Source: Caldora sp. (lineage in GTDB: Bacteria; Cyanobacteriota; Cyanobacteriia; Cyanobacteriales; Coleofasciculaceae). Taken from it: a stretch of DNA of 33,052 nucleotides. The position numbers and the translations under genes are program-made. Numbering within the stretch: the stretch's first letter is position 1; every line of letters begins with the position of its first letter. The notes under the pieces were generated by a model. It saw only the letters and a list, made by a program, of their open reading frames with translations, was not told the DNA's origin and did no database searches. Shown here piece by piece: positions 8,869 to 21,811 of the stretch. The stretch spans positions 1 through 33,052 of the forward strand of contig CBDCVG010000043.1 of assembly GCA_965222765.1 (NCBI GenBank). Reading direction: 5' to 3'.

Positions 8869-9705
8869 ATGACCCGTACCCCCTTTGATCAATTTTCTAA
8901 ACAACTGCTCGAAGAATTCCTGAGTCCCTTTGGCACTGTTGAGCGAAGCTTCGAGATTCCTGGAGAGGCTCGCCAAGTTGATGTCTACTTTATTCCCAAA
9001 CCCCAAACTACGATAGCTCCCCAAACTCTGGGACTCCTTGGTAAAATTCTGACTACTCCCTGCCTGCTCGAACCCTTCCGTAATGCTCCCAGCATCACAG
9101 AAATTCGTCATTGCCGACTTAAGCTCTTGTTACTCCAAGCCAACTTACAACGCCAAGCAAAACGAGATAAAATCACCCTCTCAGAAACTCAACTTCCTCA
9201 CCTGTGGATTCTGACACCCTCTGCCTCTGCTAATACTCTCAATGGTTTCGGAGCTAAGCCAAAACCCCCTTGGCCATCCGGCATCTATCATTTCCGTGTG
9301 CATTTCAAAACCACTATTATTGTTATCAATCAACTACCCAAAACTCCAGAAACTCTCTGGCTCAGACTCCTGGGCAAAGGTAAAGTGCAAGGGGAGGCAA
9401 TTTCGGAACTCCTGGCTCTGCCCAAAAATGAACCATTACGTTCAACTGCCCTGCAACTGTTAGCCAATTGGAAAATTGCCTTGGATTATAGTGGTATTGA
9501 TGAGCAAGGGGATTTATCGATGCAATTGACACAAGCGTATTTGGAATGGGAACAAAAAACCAAACGTCAAGGGCGTGAAGAAGGGCGTGAAGCGAAGCAG
9601 CGAGAAATCGCGATCAAGCTTTTGCAGCTTGGTTTATCAATCGAGCTAGTGGTTGAGGCGACGGGGTTATCCCTAGAACAAGTCCAACAGCTTCAACAAA
9701 GATAG
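8869..9705 (+). CDS. Rpn/YhgA-like putative PD-(D/E)XK nuclease / transposase-family protein with a DUF4351-like C-terminus
   Basis: N-terminus MTRTPFDQFSKQLLEEF...VDVYFIPKP. The C-terminus ends ...LLQLGLSIELVVEATGLSLEQVQQLQQR, typical of the cyanobacterial multi-copy family. Assignment is from recalled family features only. Confidence 0.45.
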   Translation: MTRTPFDQFSKQLLEEFLSPFGTVERSFEIPGEARQVDVYFIPKPQTTIAPQTLGLLGKILTTPCLLEPFRNAPSITEIRHCRLKLLLLQANLQRQAKRDKITLSETQLPHLWILTPSASANTLNGFGAKPKPPWPSGIYHFRVHFKTTIIVINQLPKTPETLWLRLLGKGKVQGEAISELLALPKNEPLRSTALQLLANWKIALDYSGIDEQGDLSMQLTQAYLEWEQKTKRQGREEGREAKQREIAIKLLQLGLSIELVVEATGLSLEQVQQLQQR

Positions 9706-9970
9706 GATGCTCCCCCAGGGTAAAACGGGTGAGCGAAAAAAAGGGTGGGGAGATAGGGAGATGGGGAGATAAGGAGATATTGTTTCTTCCATTCAATTGG
9801 TGGTGCGAAGCGCTCCTTGGGAGCTCTTCAATAATCAGAAGAAGGTTTCTATGTCAAGTGTCAGAGGGTGCTTTGTACTAATGACCAATGACAACGGTGA
9901 CATTAATTATCCTTAGAGCACGTATTAATAAATTTTTAAGTATTGTTACCGCCCCGTGATATGATCACTA

Positions 9971-10465
9971 GTGGCTTGTAGCGATAAAGTCAAATTCCTA
10001 GGCTACCTTTTGCTGCTAACCGTGAACTTATCAAACGATTCTCTTGAGCCGACAACGGCAGAGGAAGAACTGTCTCAAAATAGTTCCCCTCCAACGAAAA
10101 ACAATTCATCAATGGAAGAGTTTTACCAACTCAAACAAAATTTGTTGTTGGCAACGCTCGTACTGGCAGGAATTATTTTTATCCCTGTCTGGATTGTTTA
10201 CTCTCTTAACACTGCCTTAAATTACTTACTTGGGGCATTCACAGGGATGTTTTACTTGAGAATGTTAGCAAAAGATGTCGAACGTCTGAGCGAACAAAAA
10301 AAAAGTTTGAGTTCTAACCGGTTTGCACTTTTTGCTGGGCTAATTATCATTGCCAGTCAATGGCAAAATTTACATATTATGCCCATATTTTTAGGATTTC
10401 TGACTTATAAAGCTGCAATCCTAGTTTATGTGCTACCAAGCACTCTGATGCCTACATCCAAGTAG
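9971..10465 (+). CDS. atp1: ATP synthase protein I (atp1; small hydrophobic protein encoded first in the operon). The true start may be the internal Met at 10112.
   Basis: Small polytopic membrane protein located immediately upstream of the a-subunit gene. Hydrophobic segments include [20 protein letters not shown] and [14 protein letters not shown]. Confidence 0.6.
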   Translation: MACSDKVKFLGYLLLLTVNLSNDSLEPTTAEEELSQNSSPPTKNNSSMEEFYQLKQNLLLATLVLAGIIFIPVWIVYSLNTALNYLLGAFTGMFYLRMLAKDVERLSEQKKSLSSNRFALFAGLIIIASQWQNLHIMPIFLGFLTYKAAILVYVLPSTLMPTSK

Positions 10466-10541
10466 GTTAAATTGATAAATAGGTTAAGTTTGAAATTAAC
10501 CGATGTTTCACTCTCGATAGGTATCTGGGGAAACCTCCGGA

Positions 10542-11297
10542 ATGGAAATGATAGATGGTTTGAGCGTTCTGAATTCTTTCCCCCTTGCTGAATTAGAAGT
10601 TGGTCAGCATCTGTACTGGAAAATTGGCAATTTCACAGTACATGGGCAGGTTTTTCTAACCTCCTGGATCGTAATTGCCATTCTCGTCATTGCTTCGATT
10701 GCTGCCACTCGAAACGTCCAGAGAATTCCCAGTGGCATCCAAAATTTTATGGAGTATGCCCTAGAATTTATAAGGGATTTGGCGAAAAGCCAGTTGGGGG
10801 AGAAAGATTATCGTCCTTGGGTGCCATTTATTGGCACATTGTTTTTGTTCATCTTCGTGTCAAATTGGTCTGGAGCCTTAGTACCCTGGAAGTTAATTAA
10901 GCTTCCCGCTGGTGAATTAGCTGCTCCAACAAATGACATTAACACCACAGTCGCTTTGGCATTGCTAACATCTTTAGCATACTTTTACGCTGGGTTTAGG
11001 AAGAGTGGTTTAGGGTACTTTAAGAAGTATATTCAACCGACTCCTATTCTCTTGCCCATCGCGATTTTAGAAGATTTCACCAAGCCTCTTTCTCTTAGCT
11101 TCCGTTTATTTGGTAACATCTTAGCTGATGAACTAGTGGTGGCAGTGTTGGTACTACTAGTACCTTTGTTTGTGCCACTGCCAGTGATGGCGCTAGGTCT
11201 GTTTACCAGTGCCATTCAAGCCTTAGTGTTTGCTACCTTAGCTGGTGCTTACATTCATGAGGCACTTGAAGGGCATGGTGGTGAAGAGCATGAGTAG
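10542..11297 (+). CDS. atpB: F0F1 ATP synthase subunit a
   Basis: Contains ...[30 protein letters not shown]... (conserved Arg-containing helix) and multiple TM helices. Confidence 0.95.
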   Translation: MEMIDGLSVLNSFPLAELEVGQHLYWKIGNFTVHGQVFLTSWIVIAILVIASIAATRNVQRIPSGIQNFMEYALEFIRDLAKSQLGEKDYRPWVPFIGTLFLFIFVSNWSGALVPWKLIKLPAGELAAPTNDINTTVALALLTSLAYFYAGFRKSGLGYFKKYIQPTPILLPIAILEDFTKPLSLSFRLFGNILADELVVAVLVLLVPLFVPLPVMALGLFTSAIQALVFATLAGAYIHEALEGHGGEEHE

Positions 11298-11517
11298 TAG
11301 GAGTAACTTTTTGATTAAAGACTGAACGAGTAATCGACTCGCTAGTCTCAAATTCATTCCTACATAAAACCCTCAGTTGATGTAATAAGGCATGAATTCT
11401 GAATAGTTGTATGGGTAGGTAATCACTTGAAAGCCGAACCATTAACCTTCCTAGGTTAGGTAAAAGCAATCCATCCCTACAAATCAAAATTCAAAACCGC
11501 TGTTGTTTGTTCTGTAA

Positions 11518-11784
<267 letters not shown>

Positions 11785-11872
11785 AATTGCTTAAGCTTTG
11801 TAGAGACGTGGTTGCTCCCGTCTCTACATTCTGGAGTTTAGGTTCCATTCCTAAAAAGGATCTGTAAAAAAA

Positions 11873-12304
11873 ATGTTTGATTTTGACGCTACCTTGCCCT
11901 TAATGGCAGTACAGTTCCTATTATTAGCAGCTGTACTAAACGCGATTTTCTATAAGCCACTAACCAAGGTTATAGATGACCGAGCTAATTACATCCGCAC
12001 CAATGAAGCTGAGGCAAAGGAACGCTTATCTAAAGCTGAGCAATTGGCAAATCAATATGAACAGCAGTTAAGCGAAGCTCGTAAACAGTCTCAAGCAATC
12101 ATTGAATCCGCTCAAGCTGATGCTAAAAAAATCGCAGCTCAGAAAATTGCTGAAGCTGAGCAGGAAGCTCAAGCTCAGCGGGAAGAAGCTCAAAGAGAGA
12201 TAGAGCAGCAAAAGCAACAAGCAATGAGTTCGCTGGAGCAACAAGTAGACGCTCTTACTCGTCAAATCCTTGAAAAACTACTAGGACCGGAATTAGTAAG
12301 ATAA
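11873..12304 (+). CDS. F0F1 ATP synthase subunit b'
   Basis: N-terminal TM helix ([30 protein letters not shown]), then a long charged A/E/Q-rich coiled coil. Its position is between c and b. Confidence 0.9.
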   Translation: MFDFDATLPLMAVQFLLLAAVLNAIFYKPLTKVIDDRANYIRTNEAEAKERLSKAEQLANQYEQQLSEARKQSQAIIESAQADAKKIAAQKIAEAEQEAQAQREEAQREIEQQKQQAMSSLEQQVDALTRQILEKLLGPELVR

Positions 12305-12492
12305 CGAAGTCAGTAGTAAGTCGTTCAGATATTTTTACTGATTGTCCAAACTCGGGGCGAGAGTAAAACTGTAAAAGCGCCAAACTATGCTGCTAGCAGA
12401 TAAGTTGAGCAAATGCACTTCCTCTTAGCTTGCCCTTGATGGATGAGTCAAAGTCTTAAAGATTTCGCGGCAAAGAAAGTTGTAATTAGTTT

Positions 12493-13043
12493 ATGATGGG
12501 GAATTTCTTTTTATTAGCCACATTATTGGCAACAGAAGCTCACTCCGCTGGCGAAGGTGGTTTTGGACTACACCTAGACATTCTAGAATCCAATCTCATT
12601 AACCTTACGCTCTTGATTGGGGTGCTATTTTACTTTGGGCGTAAATTCCTCGGAAATACCTTGAGCGAACGCAGTGCCAGTATTGCTGAGGAAATTCAAG
12701 CAGCAGAACAAAGGCAGAAAGAAGCAGCTGTCAAGCTTGCAGACCAACAGCAAAAGTTAGCTCAAGCCCAAGCAGAAGCAGAAGAGATTCGCAAAGCTGC
12801 TGAAGCCAACGCTCAGAGGGCTAAGGATGGAATATTAGCTCAATCTGTTGAGGATGTCAAGCGTTTGAAAGAAGTAGCAGTCCAGGATCTCAACACCGAA
12901 CAAGAGCGAGTGATCAGCCAACTTAGGCAGCGGGTAGTTGCCATGGCGCTGGAGCGCTCAGAGTCCCGGCTAAAATCCGATTTGGATGAGTCTGCTCAGC
13001 AACAATTAATTGATCGCAGCATTGCTTTATTAGGAGGTGGATC

Positions 13044-13047
<4 letters not shown>
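12493..13047 (+). CDS. atpF: F0F1 ATP synthase subunit b
   Basis: Contains [36 protein letters not shown] (TM helix), then a coiled coil. The stop overlaps the delta start (ATGA at 13044-13047). Confidence 0.92.
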
Positions 13048-15215
<2,168 letters not shown>

Positions 15216-15224
15216 ATTGGTCAT

Positions 15225-15292
15225 TTGTTGTTTGTCATTGGTCATTAAAGGACAAAGGACAAACAACAAAGGACAAACAACAAACAACAGAA
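15225..15292. repeat. Inverted STRR heptamer arrays (TTTGTTG... / ...CAAACAA) that can form a 13-bp perfect stem. They lie in the atpA–gamma intergenic region just 5' of the gamma start codon.
   Basis: tttgttgtttgtc (15225-15237) is the exact reverse complement of gacaaacaacaaa (15258-15270). Further ggacaaa/caacaaa units continue to 15292. Confidence 0.7.
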
Positions 15293-15297
15293 ATATT

Positions 15298-16248
15298 ATG
15301 CCCAATCTTAAAGCAATTCGCGATCGCATTAAGTCGGTCAAGAATACTAAAAAAATCACTGAGGCAATGCGCCTCGTTGCTGCAGCGAAAGTGCGACGTG
15401 CTCAGGAACAGGTGACAGCTACCCGTCCCTTCGCCGACCGTTTAGCACAAGTTCTCTACGGCTTACTAAACCGTCTACAGTTTGAAGAAGCCAATCTACC
15501 CCTACTCAAGCAAAGAGAGATCAAGTGTGTAGGCTTACTAGTAGTTACAGGCGATCGCGGTTTGTGTGGTGCTTATAATACTAACGTCATCCGCCGTGCG
15601 GAAAACCGTGCTAAGGAACTGAAAAAGGAAGGTCGTGACTACAAGTACATATTAGTTGGACGCAAAGCCATCCAGTACTTCGAGCGCCGTAATCAGCCCA
15701 TTGATGCCAAATACTCTGGTCTAGAGCAGATTCCCACAGCCTCAGAAGCATCTGCGATCGCAGATGAATTGCTCTCTTTGTTCCTGTCTGAATCTGTAGA
15801 CCGAATTGAATTAATCTACACCAAATTCGTCTCCTTGATTAGTTCTCGACCTGTGATACAAACCTTATTACCTCTAACAAGGCAAGGATTAGAACCCCAG
15901 GATGATGAAATCTTTAGGCTGACAACTCGTGGCGGTGAGTTTAAAGTGGAGCGGGAGAAAGTCTCAACTCAAGTCCGTAGCTTCCCCCGGGACATGATTT
16001 TTGAACAAGATCCCGTGCAGATTCTCAATGCATTGTTGCCACTATATCTTAATAACCAGTTGCTGCGAGCATTGCAAGAATCAGCATCCAGTGAATTGGC
16101 AGCCCGGATGACAGCAATGAACAGTGCCAGTGATAATGCTACAGAAATGATCGGTACATTGACTCTATCTTACAATAAAGCACGGCAGGCTGCGATTACC
16201 CAGGAAATTCTGGAAGTTGTCGGTGGAGCTCAGGCCCTAAGTGGTTAA
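15298..16248 (+). CDS. atpG: F0F1 ATP synthase subunit gamma
   Basis: N-terminus [40 protein letters not shown]-terminus ...[49 protein letters not shown]. The ORF track extends upstream to 15217 through translated STRR. Confidence 0.93.
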   Translation: MPNLKAIRDRIKSVKNTKKITEAMRLVAAAKVRRAQEQVTATRPFADRLAQVLYGLLNRLQFEEANLPLLKQREIKCVGLLVVTGDRGLCGAYNTNVIRRAENRAKELKKEGRDYKYILVGRKAIQYFERRNQPIDAKYSGLEQIPTASEASAIADELLSLFLSESVDRIELIYTKFVSLISSRPVIQTLLPLTRQGLEPQDDEIFRLTTRGGEFKVEREKVSTQVRSFPRDMIFEQDPVQILNALLPLYLNNQLLRALQESASSELAARMTAMNSASDNATEMIGTLTLSYNKARQAAITQEILEVVGGAQALSG

Positions 16249-16330
16249 ATTCAATCTTTTTCCGTAGGGGCTCACCGACGTGCGCCCGATCCAAAGTACC
16301 CCAATCTGACATGCGCCTAAAGCGTTTAAG

Positions 16331-16373
16331 AACCCCGACTTCTTGAAGAAGTCGGGGTTCTGGGCAGTTTTTG
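16331..16373 (+). terminator. Rho-independent terminator of the atp operon
   Basis: Perfect 12-bp stem aaccccgacttc / gaagtcggggtt with a 5-nt loop, followed by ctgggcagTTTTTg. Confidence 0.8.
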
Positions 16374-16566
16374 ATCTGTTTGATATACAATTGCGATCGA
16401 ATTACTTTCTCCTAGTACAGAGGCAATGGAAGTACGATCGCTTTGCTGTTTCCGTAGGTAATCGCTTCGATAAAAAGATAATAAGACTAGCCAGGATACC
16501 GATAAATCCTTATTGTATATGAATAAAGGCGAGTGCTGAGCGAGGTACTGAAGGAAAAAGCGATCA

Positions 16567-17916
16567 ATGGGAAGAATATTTATTTCAGCAGGTCACGGTG
16601 GTATAGAAGAAGAGGGTCGTGATCCAGGAACTATTGCTGGCGGCACAACTGAAGCTCAAGAGATGATTTTGCTGCGGGATCAGATAATACCAGAGTTGCG
16701 ATCGCGCGGATTTGAGGTGCTTTCTGTACCTGATGACCTAAGTATGAGGCAAACACACCAGTGGATCAATGACCGTGCTCTCACCGATGATGTAGCCCTA
16801 GAAATCCACTCCAGTGGTTTTTTCAATCCCGACATCAGGGGAGCCATAACTTTTTACATTGCCAACAATACTGATCGTCAGAATCAGGCAGAATTGATGC
16901 TCTTGGCTCTAGTAAGACGCCTGCCTTCGTTGCCTAGCCGAGGTGCCAAACCAGATACGGAAACAGGAACTGGAAGAATCTCCTTCTGCCGTAATATTAT
17001 CATCCCCTCTTTACTACTAGAAGTTGGTTTCCTAACAAACCCAGATGATCGGTTTTTAATCCAGAATCGACGCCGAGAGATGGCTCTGGGTATTGCTGAT
17101 GGACTTGCATCTTGGAGCCGTACTGTTTCTGGTACTGAGTCTAATGATTCGGAGGTCACTTATGACACAATCAATATCAGCGTTAATGGTCAAATTTATG
17201 AAGAGCAGGGGATTCTAGTTAATAGTAATGCCTACATCCCCAATGACTTGGCAGACCGACTGGGAGTCGATTTGACTGTTGCTCCTGATATTCGCCGCAT
17301 TCAATACCGAGGAGTGGTGTATGTCAAAGCGATTGAACTGCGAGACTATAACATTTCTGTCGGCTGGGATAATCCTAGTCGTACCGTAATTGTGCGCTCA
17401 ATCTTACAAATTTGTCCTGGTTTAATTGACCGAATTATGGGACATGGCAATACTTCGGAAGTACAGCTAATGATGTTCCTCAAAAATAATAATGATAATG
17501 CTTTGAGTGAATTTCCCCAATTACCCCGGCTCTACCGAGAAGAGGGGCAGATTGAAGGAGTAAACTATGACATTGCTTTCTGTCAAGCTTGTGTAGAAAC
17601 TAGCTTCCTGCGCTTTGGAGGTGAATTGAAACCCAGTCTGAATAATTTTGGTGGTTTAGGAGCTGTTAGTGGTACTGAACCAGCGTCATTTCCTAGTGCC
17701 AGAATTGGAGTTCGCGCCCATATCCAACAATTGAAAGCCTATGCTAGTCTAGAACCTTTGGTACAAGAAGTCGTTAGTCCCCGATTTCGTTTTGTCACTC
17801 GCGGTGTTGCACCTTTAGTTGGTCAGTTAAGTGGGCGCTGGTCAACAGATTTGCAGTATGGTGATCGGATTAAAGCAGTAATCAGAAGTCTCTATGAATC
17901 GGCTAACTTACTGTAA
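16567..17916 (+). CDS. Bifunctional peptidoglycan hydrolase: N-acetylmuramoyl-L-alanine amidase (Amidase_3) plus a C-terminal glucosaminidase-like domain
   Basis: N-terminal region IFISAGHGG...GFEVLSVPDD...ALEIHSSGF...LEVGFLTNPDD (zinc amidase signature). C-terminal region ...NYDIAFCQACVETSFLRFGGELKPSLNNFGGLGA... (glucosaminidase/FlgJ-like). Confidence 0.7.
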   Translation: MGRIFISAGHGGIEEEGRDPGTIAGGTTEAQEMILLRDQIIPELRSRGFEVLSVPDDLSMRQTHQWINDRALTDDVALEIHSSGFFNPDIRGAITFYIANNTDRQNQAELMLLALVRRLPSLPSRGAKPDTETGTGRISFCRNIIIPSLLLEVGFLTNPDDRFLIQNRRREMALGIADGLASWSRTVSGTESNDSEVTYDTINISVNGQIYEEQGILVNSNAYIPNDLADRLGVDLTVAPDIRRIQYRGVVYVKAIELRDYNISVGWDNPSRTVIVRSILQICPGLIDRIMGHGNTSEVQLMMFLKNNNDNALSEFPQLPRLYREEGQIEGVNYDIAFCQACVETSFLRFGGELKPSLNNFGGLGAVSGTEPASFPSARIGVRAHIQQLKAYASLEPLVQEVVSPRFRFVTRGVAPLVGQLSGRWSTDLQYGDRIKAVIRSLYESANLL

Positions 17917-18729
17917 ATGAATCCAAAAGCTCGTAAACAATTTGCTCAACATTGGCTGCACAGTGAAGAGGCACTCAGTCAAATCGTAGCAGCTGCCAAC
18001 TTGCAACCAAGCGATCGCCTGCTGGAAATTGGTCCTGGTACCGGTATTCTAACTCAATGGTTATTACCCCAAGTCCAGTCATTAGTTGCTGTTGAAATTG
18101 ACAGGAATTTGTGTAAACTTTTAGTCAAAAAACTGGGTAATATTGACAATTTTTTACTTCTCGAAGGGGATTTCCTCTCCCTTTACTTAGACAAGCTACT
18201 AGTTTCCTTCCCTAATTTCCAAAAGCCAAATAAAGTTGTAGCTAATATTCCCTACAATATCACCGGTCCCATTCTCGAAAAATTGCTGGGAACTATTAGT
18301 CAGCCAGCTGTACCAGCATTTGATTTAATTGTGCTGCTTCTGCAACAAGAAGTAGCACAGCGCTTATGCGCCCAACCCGGTTCTAGAACCTTCGGTGCTC
18401 TATCAGTAAGGGTACAGTATCTAGCAGTATGTGAATTTATCTGTGATGTACCAGCCAAATCTTTCTCCCCTCCTCCCAAGGTCGATTCTGCTGTAGTGCG
18501 TTTGCGTCCCCAGCTAGTGCAGCAACCAGCCAATGAACCAAAGTACTTGGAAACTTTGTTGAAATTGGGCTTTGCCAGTAAACGGAAAATGTTGAGAAAT
18601 AATTTGAAATCCTTAGTCGAACGCGATCGCTTGACCCAATTGCTGGAACAATTAGAGATAAATCCCCAAGCTCGCGCAGAAGACTTGAGTGTTGCCCAAT
18701 GGGTAACTCTCAGTAATAAACTGCTATAA
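17917..18729 (+). CDS. rsmA: 16S rRNA (adenine1518/1519-N6)-dimethyltransferase RsmA/KsgA
   Basis: Contains HWLHSEEALSQIVAAANLQPSDRLLEIGPGTGILT (SAM site) and VVANIPYNITGPIL. The start ATG overlaps the amidase stop (TAAATG). Confidence 0.9.
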   Translation: MNPKARKQFAQHWLHSEEALSQIVAAANLQPSDRLLEIGPGTGILTQWLLPQVQSLVAVEIDRNLCKLLVKKLGNIDNFLLLEGDFLSLYLDKLLVSFPNFQKPNKVVANIPYNITGPILEKLLGTISQPAVPAFDLIVLLLQQEVAQRLCAQPGSRTFGALSVRVQYLAVCEFICDVPAKSFSPPPKVDSAVVRLRPQLVQQPANEPKYLETLLKLGFASKRKMLRNNLKSLVERDRLTQLLEQLEINPQARAEDLSVAQWVTLSNKLL

Positions 18730-18822
18730 ATTTCTCAACCTAACCTGGTTATTGCCTATACAGAGCAAGGAGACACTGAGACGCGGGGACAATTCTAAAT
18801 TCTAAATTCTAAATTCCAAAAA

Positions 18823-19764
18823 ATGCATTCCTACTCCCTAATTGCTCCAGCCAAAATTAATCTGTATCTAGAAATTCTAGGCGATCGCCCAGATGGTTAT
18901 CATGAGTTAGTGATGCTCCTTCAAAGCATCGAGTTAGCAGATCAAATTGATATCCGTACCCTTACCACTGACAAGATTCGGGTAAATTGTGACCATCCCC
19001 AAGTACCCCAAGACGAAAGTAATCTTGCCTACAAAGCAGCAAACTTGATGAAGGAGCAGTTTCCCGATGTTTTTGCCCAATTTGGGGGTTTGGAAATCAC
19101 CATCAACAAGCATATCCCTGTGGCAGCGGGACTAGCTGGTGGTTCTACCGATGCCGCTGCTGTGTTGGTGGGAATAGATATGATCTGGCAGTTGGGACTC
19201 ACCCAGCCAGAATTACAAGAACTAGCAAGCCAGCTGGGCTCCGATATACCTTTTTGTATTGCTGGTGGTACAGTTCTTGCTACTGGTAGAGGGGAACAGC
19301 TATCTCCCTTACCGGATCTCGATTCTCTGTATGTGGTATTAGGAAAATACGGCAGCCTTGAGGTTTCTACCCCTTGGGCTTATAAAACTTACCGCTCTGA
19401 GTTTGGGGATTCCTACGTTCGGGATACTGAAGACTTAGAAGCCCGTGCTGCTAAAGTTCATTCAGGACCAATGGTACAAGCGATCGCTAATAAGGATGGG
19501 TCACAGATTGGTCAACTACTGCACAATGATTTAGAAAAGGTAGTGTTACCAGCTCATCCTCAAGTATCCCAACTCCGAGAAGCATTCCAGAATACTGGCG
19601 CTTTAGGTGTAATGATGTCTGGCTCAGGACCAACTGTGTTTGCTTTGTGTGATTCCCAAGCTCAAGCTCAGGAGATTCAGCAACAGGTGAGAAGCACAAT
19701 TACTGACCCGGATTTAGACTTTTGGGTGACCAAGTTTTGCAGTACTGGTATTAGGATGATGTGA
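18823..19764 (+). CDS. ispE: 4-diphosphocytidyl-2-C-methyl-D-erythritol kinase (MEP pathway)
   Basis: N-terminus APAKINLYLEILGDRPDGYHEL. The GHMP kinase loop is IPVAAGLAGGSTDAAAVL. It is preceded by an AATTCTA x3 STRR (18796-18820). Confidence 0.9.
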   Translation: MHSYSLIAPAKINLYLEILGDRPDGYHELVMLLQSIELADQIDIRTLTTDKIRVNCDHPQVPQDESNLAYKAANLMKEQFPDVFAQFGGLEITINKHIPVAAGLAGGSTDAAAVLVGIDMIWQLGLTQPELQELASQLGSDIPFCIAGGTVLATGRGEQLSPLPDLDSLYVVLGKYGSLEVSTPWAYKTYRSEFGDSYVRDTEDLEARAAKVHSGPMVQAIANKDGSQIGQLLHNDLEKVVLPAHPQVSQLREAFQNTGALGVMMSGSGPTVFALCDSQAQAQEIQQQVRSTITDPDLDFWVTKFCSTGIRMM

Positions 19765-19809
19765 TACCAAACCCTCTCTATGTAATGAGTAAGTAGAGGA
19801 GAACAATAG

Positions 19810-20559
19810 ATGGATTTGCAGATTGAACTATTGAAAACTATAGCCGCTTTTGATAGAGAAAAGCTCAAAGCAAAGTTTCAATCCCAGAATGAATTTATAG
19901 TAGTAGAGAAATTTCTCCCCACCTCCATCCTGGATGAGTTTCTGCTCACCTTGCCATCACTCAAACCTACCGTCAACCGGAACTATATTCCCAAACATAA
20001 AAAAGGCGGCAGTATCAGCCGCTTCAACCTCGACAGCTTCGCTCCGATTTTTGGCAAATTCTATCAACTACCACTCCTTTTTGAGTTACTCAATGAGATT
20101 ACAGGGGAAAAGCTCCTTTCCTGTCCTCCTAATGATCCTCATACCTACGCCCTGTATTATTACACTGAGCCAGGAGACCACATCCAGTATCATTACGATA
20201 CCTCTTACTATCGAGGTAAGCGGTACACAGTACTGCTCGGTTTAGTTGACCAATCCACTAGTAAACTGGAGTATCAACTCTACCGAGATAACCCCAACCA
20301 GGAAACCCAAACCCACTCTCTAGTATTAACTCCTGGAACTCTAGTATTATTTAATGGTGACAAGCTTTACCATCGGGTAACTCCTTTAGGAGAGAACGAA
20401 GAGCGTATTGCCCTAACGATGGAGTATGTTACTGATATCCGTATGCATGGACTGAAGCGTTTCGTCTCGAATATGAAAGATGCGATCGCTTATTTCGGTT
20501 TTCGTCAAGTGTTTAGCAAAGCAAACACTCCTGAAGCTCCACCGCTTGCTGCTGATTAG
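19810..20559 (+). CDS. Hypothetical protein, possibly of the 2OG-Fe(II) oxygenase superfamily
   Basis: Candidate facial triad H-x-D (IQYHYDTSYY) plus a distal His (LYHRVTP), followed by a basic residue (EERIALTMEY). The assignment is weak and motif-based only. Confidence 0.35.
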   Translation: MDLQIELLKTIAAFDREKLKAKFQSQNEFIVVEKFLPTSILDEFLLTLPSLKPTVNRNYIPKHKKGGSISRFNLDSFAPIFGKFYQLPLLFELLNEITGEKLLSCPPNDPHTYALYYYTEPGDHIQYHYDTSYYRGKRYTVLLGLVDQSTSKLEYQLYRDNPNQETQTHSLVLTPGTLVLFNGDKLYHRVTPLGENEERIALTMEYVTDIRMHGLKRFVSNMKDAIAYFGFRQVFSKANTPEAPPLAAD

Positions 20560-20610
20560 GAATTTTTTAACTTACTAACGCTTCTGGACAGATGAGCCTA
20601 TGGTGTTTGG

Positions 20611-21145
20611 ATGAAAATCTGTACACTAAGTTCGCTGGTTGAAAGAAGAATCCCCGTCGCTTTTAGCACGGGGAATACGCAGGTAGAACGTTTAGCCCGT
20701 CCGGCGATTAATGAAGGGTTAATTCTCAACAATGACTTCTTGAATGCTCTCAATAGCGTTGGACCAGACTTTGAAGCAGCAGCTCTAGCGGGTCAGAATC
20801 CAGCGGCAAAGATTGCTGGACCGATTGTAACTCAAGCCAAGCAAACTTTACTAGCTGTGGGTAATAGTGAAGAACGGGCTAATTCTCTAATAGGGGCGTT
20901 TCTACCAGATGTTATGCGCATTGATACCAGCCGGTGCTAGTGGCTATGCGAAAGATCTCAATGCCAAGGGTAGTCCGGTGCGAGGGCGAATGCTGGAAGA
21001 CGATGTAATTGATATTACCCTAAGCGTACTGACAGACGGTGCGATCGCAACTGACAATGTTTCCTATGCAGGTACTCCCGGTAACCCGTCTCAGGGCCAC
21101 GATCCTCTAGAACCCTCATTCCCTTACCTAGCATTGCCTAATTAA
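20611..21145 (+). pseudogene. Short, frameshifted relic resembling only the C-terminal part of DUF4331-family secreted proteins
   Basis: Motifs LARPAINEGLI, LPDVMRIDTS and, in the +1 frame, GRMLEDDVIDITLSVLTDGAIATDNVS...FPYLA. ORF track pieces 20611..20940 and 20909..21145 overlap. The family is normally about 450 aa, whereas about 175 aa are present here. Confidence 0.4.
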
Positions 21146-21609
21146 AAAGAAAGGCAGAAGGCAGAGGGCAGGAGGCAGAAGGAACCGGGTGAAGTGAAAA
21201 AAGTTGTGGGAGAGCTTTTTTGAGTAATGAGCGCCTAACGGCGAATGAAGAATGAAGAATTAAGAATTAAGAATTCATTGATGGAATCGCCGAAAAAGAA
21301 GTCAGAAACTACTCATATCAAGGGATTCAGCCCCAAATATAGGATTTTAGTTTCTCGAGAGTAATGAGTAATGAGTGAAGAAACTTTTCTCAAATCCTCT
21401 TCCCTTCTAACTCGTGCCCTGGAGCCTCGGAGCCTTGTTTATTCAGAACCACCGTAAAATTTAACCTCACCCGAAGGAACCCCTACTCTCTGCTCCCTCA
21501 CGGGGTGACAAGCAGCTCTGCTCTCCATCTCTCCTATCTCCCGATCTTCCCCATCTTCCCTATCTCCCCTATCTCCCCAGCTCCCCAGTGGCGCGGCACG
21601 ACTAAAAAG

Positions 21610-21687
21610 GTAGGTTGGGTGTAACGAAGTGAAACCCAACAGAATATACGCCGGTGTTGGGTTACGCTATCGCTCCACCCAACCTAC
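21610..21687. repeat. Small MITE-like element (78 bp) with 12-bp perfect TIRs and an internal hairpin. A truncated copy is at 24716-24775.
   Basis: Left TIR is gtaggttgggtg (21610-21621) and right TIR is cacccaacctac (21676-21687). The internal palindrome is aacccaacag...ggtgttgggtt. The core gaagtgaaacccaacag...gttgggttacgctatcgctc recurs in inverted orientation at 24716-24775. Confidence 0.6.
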
Positions 21688-21811
21688 TTATTCTCAAAAG
21701 ACGCGGAGAATTGAAATCCCACTTCATGTTTCGTTCACCTCCATACCCCCTATCTCCCGATCTTCCCCATCTCCCCATCTCCTCCAGCTTCCCAGCTCCC
21801 CTTTCAGAACA

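Noticed and set aside
8860-9463. ORFs 8860..9111(-) and 9242..9463(+) overlapping the Rpn-like gene
   Set aside because: Overlapping shadow frames with no features. The 278-aa + strand frame carries the conserved N- and C-terminal family motifs.
9880-9970. Candidate sigma70 promoter for the atp operon (ttgtta … tatgat near 9936-9960)
   Set aside because: Spacer between the best -35 and -10 candidates is only about 11 nt, and no convincing alternative pair was found by eye. A promoter call cannot be supported without TSS data.
16567-17916. The amidase considered as an AmiC-type septal nanopore amidase of filamentous cyanobacteria
   Set aside because: No AMIN domains are recognisable at the N-terminus. 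The domain order (Amidase_3 then glucosaminidase) differs, so only a generic peptidoglycan hydrolase call is supported.
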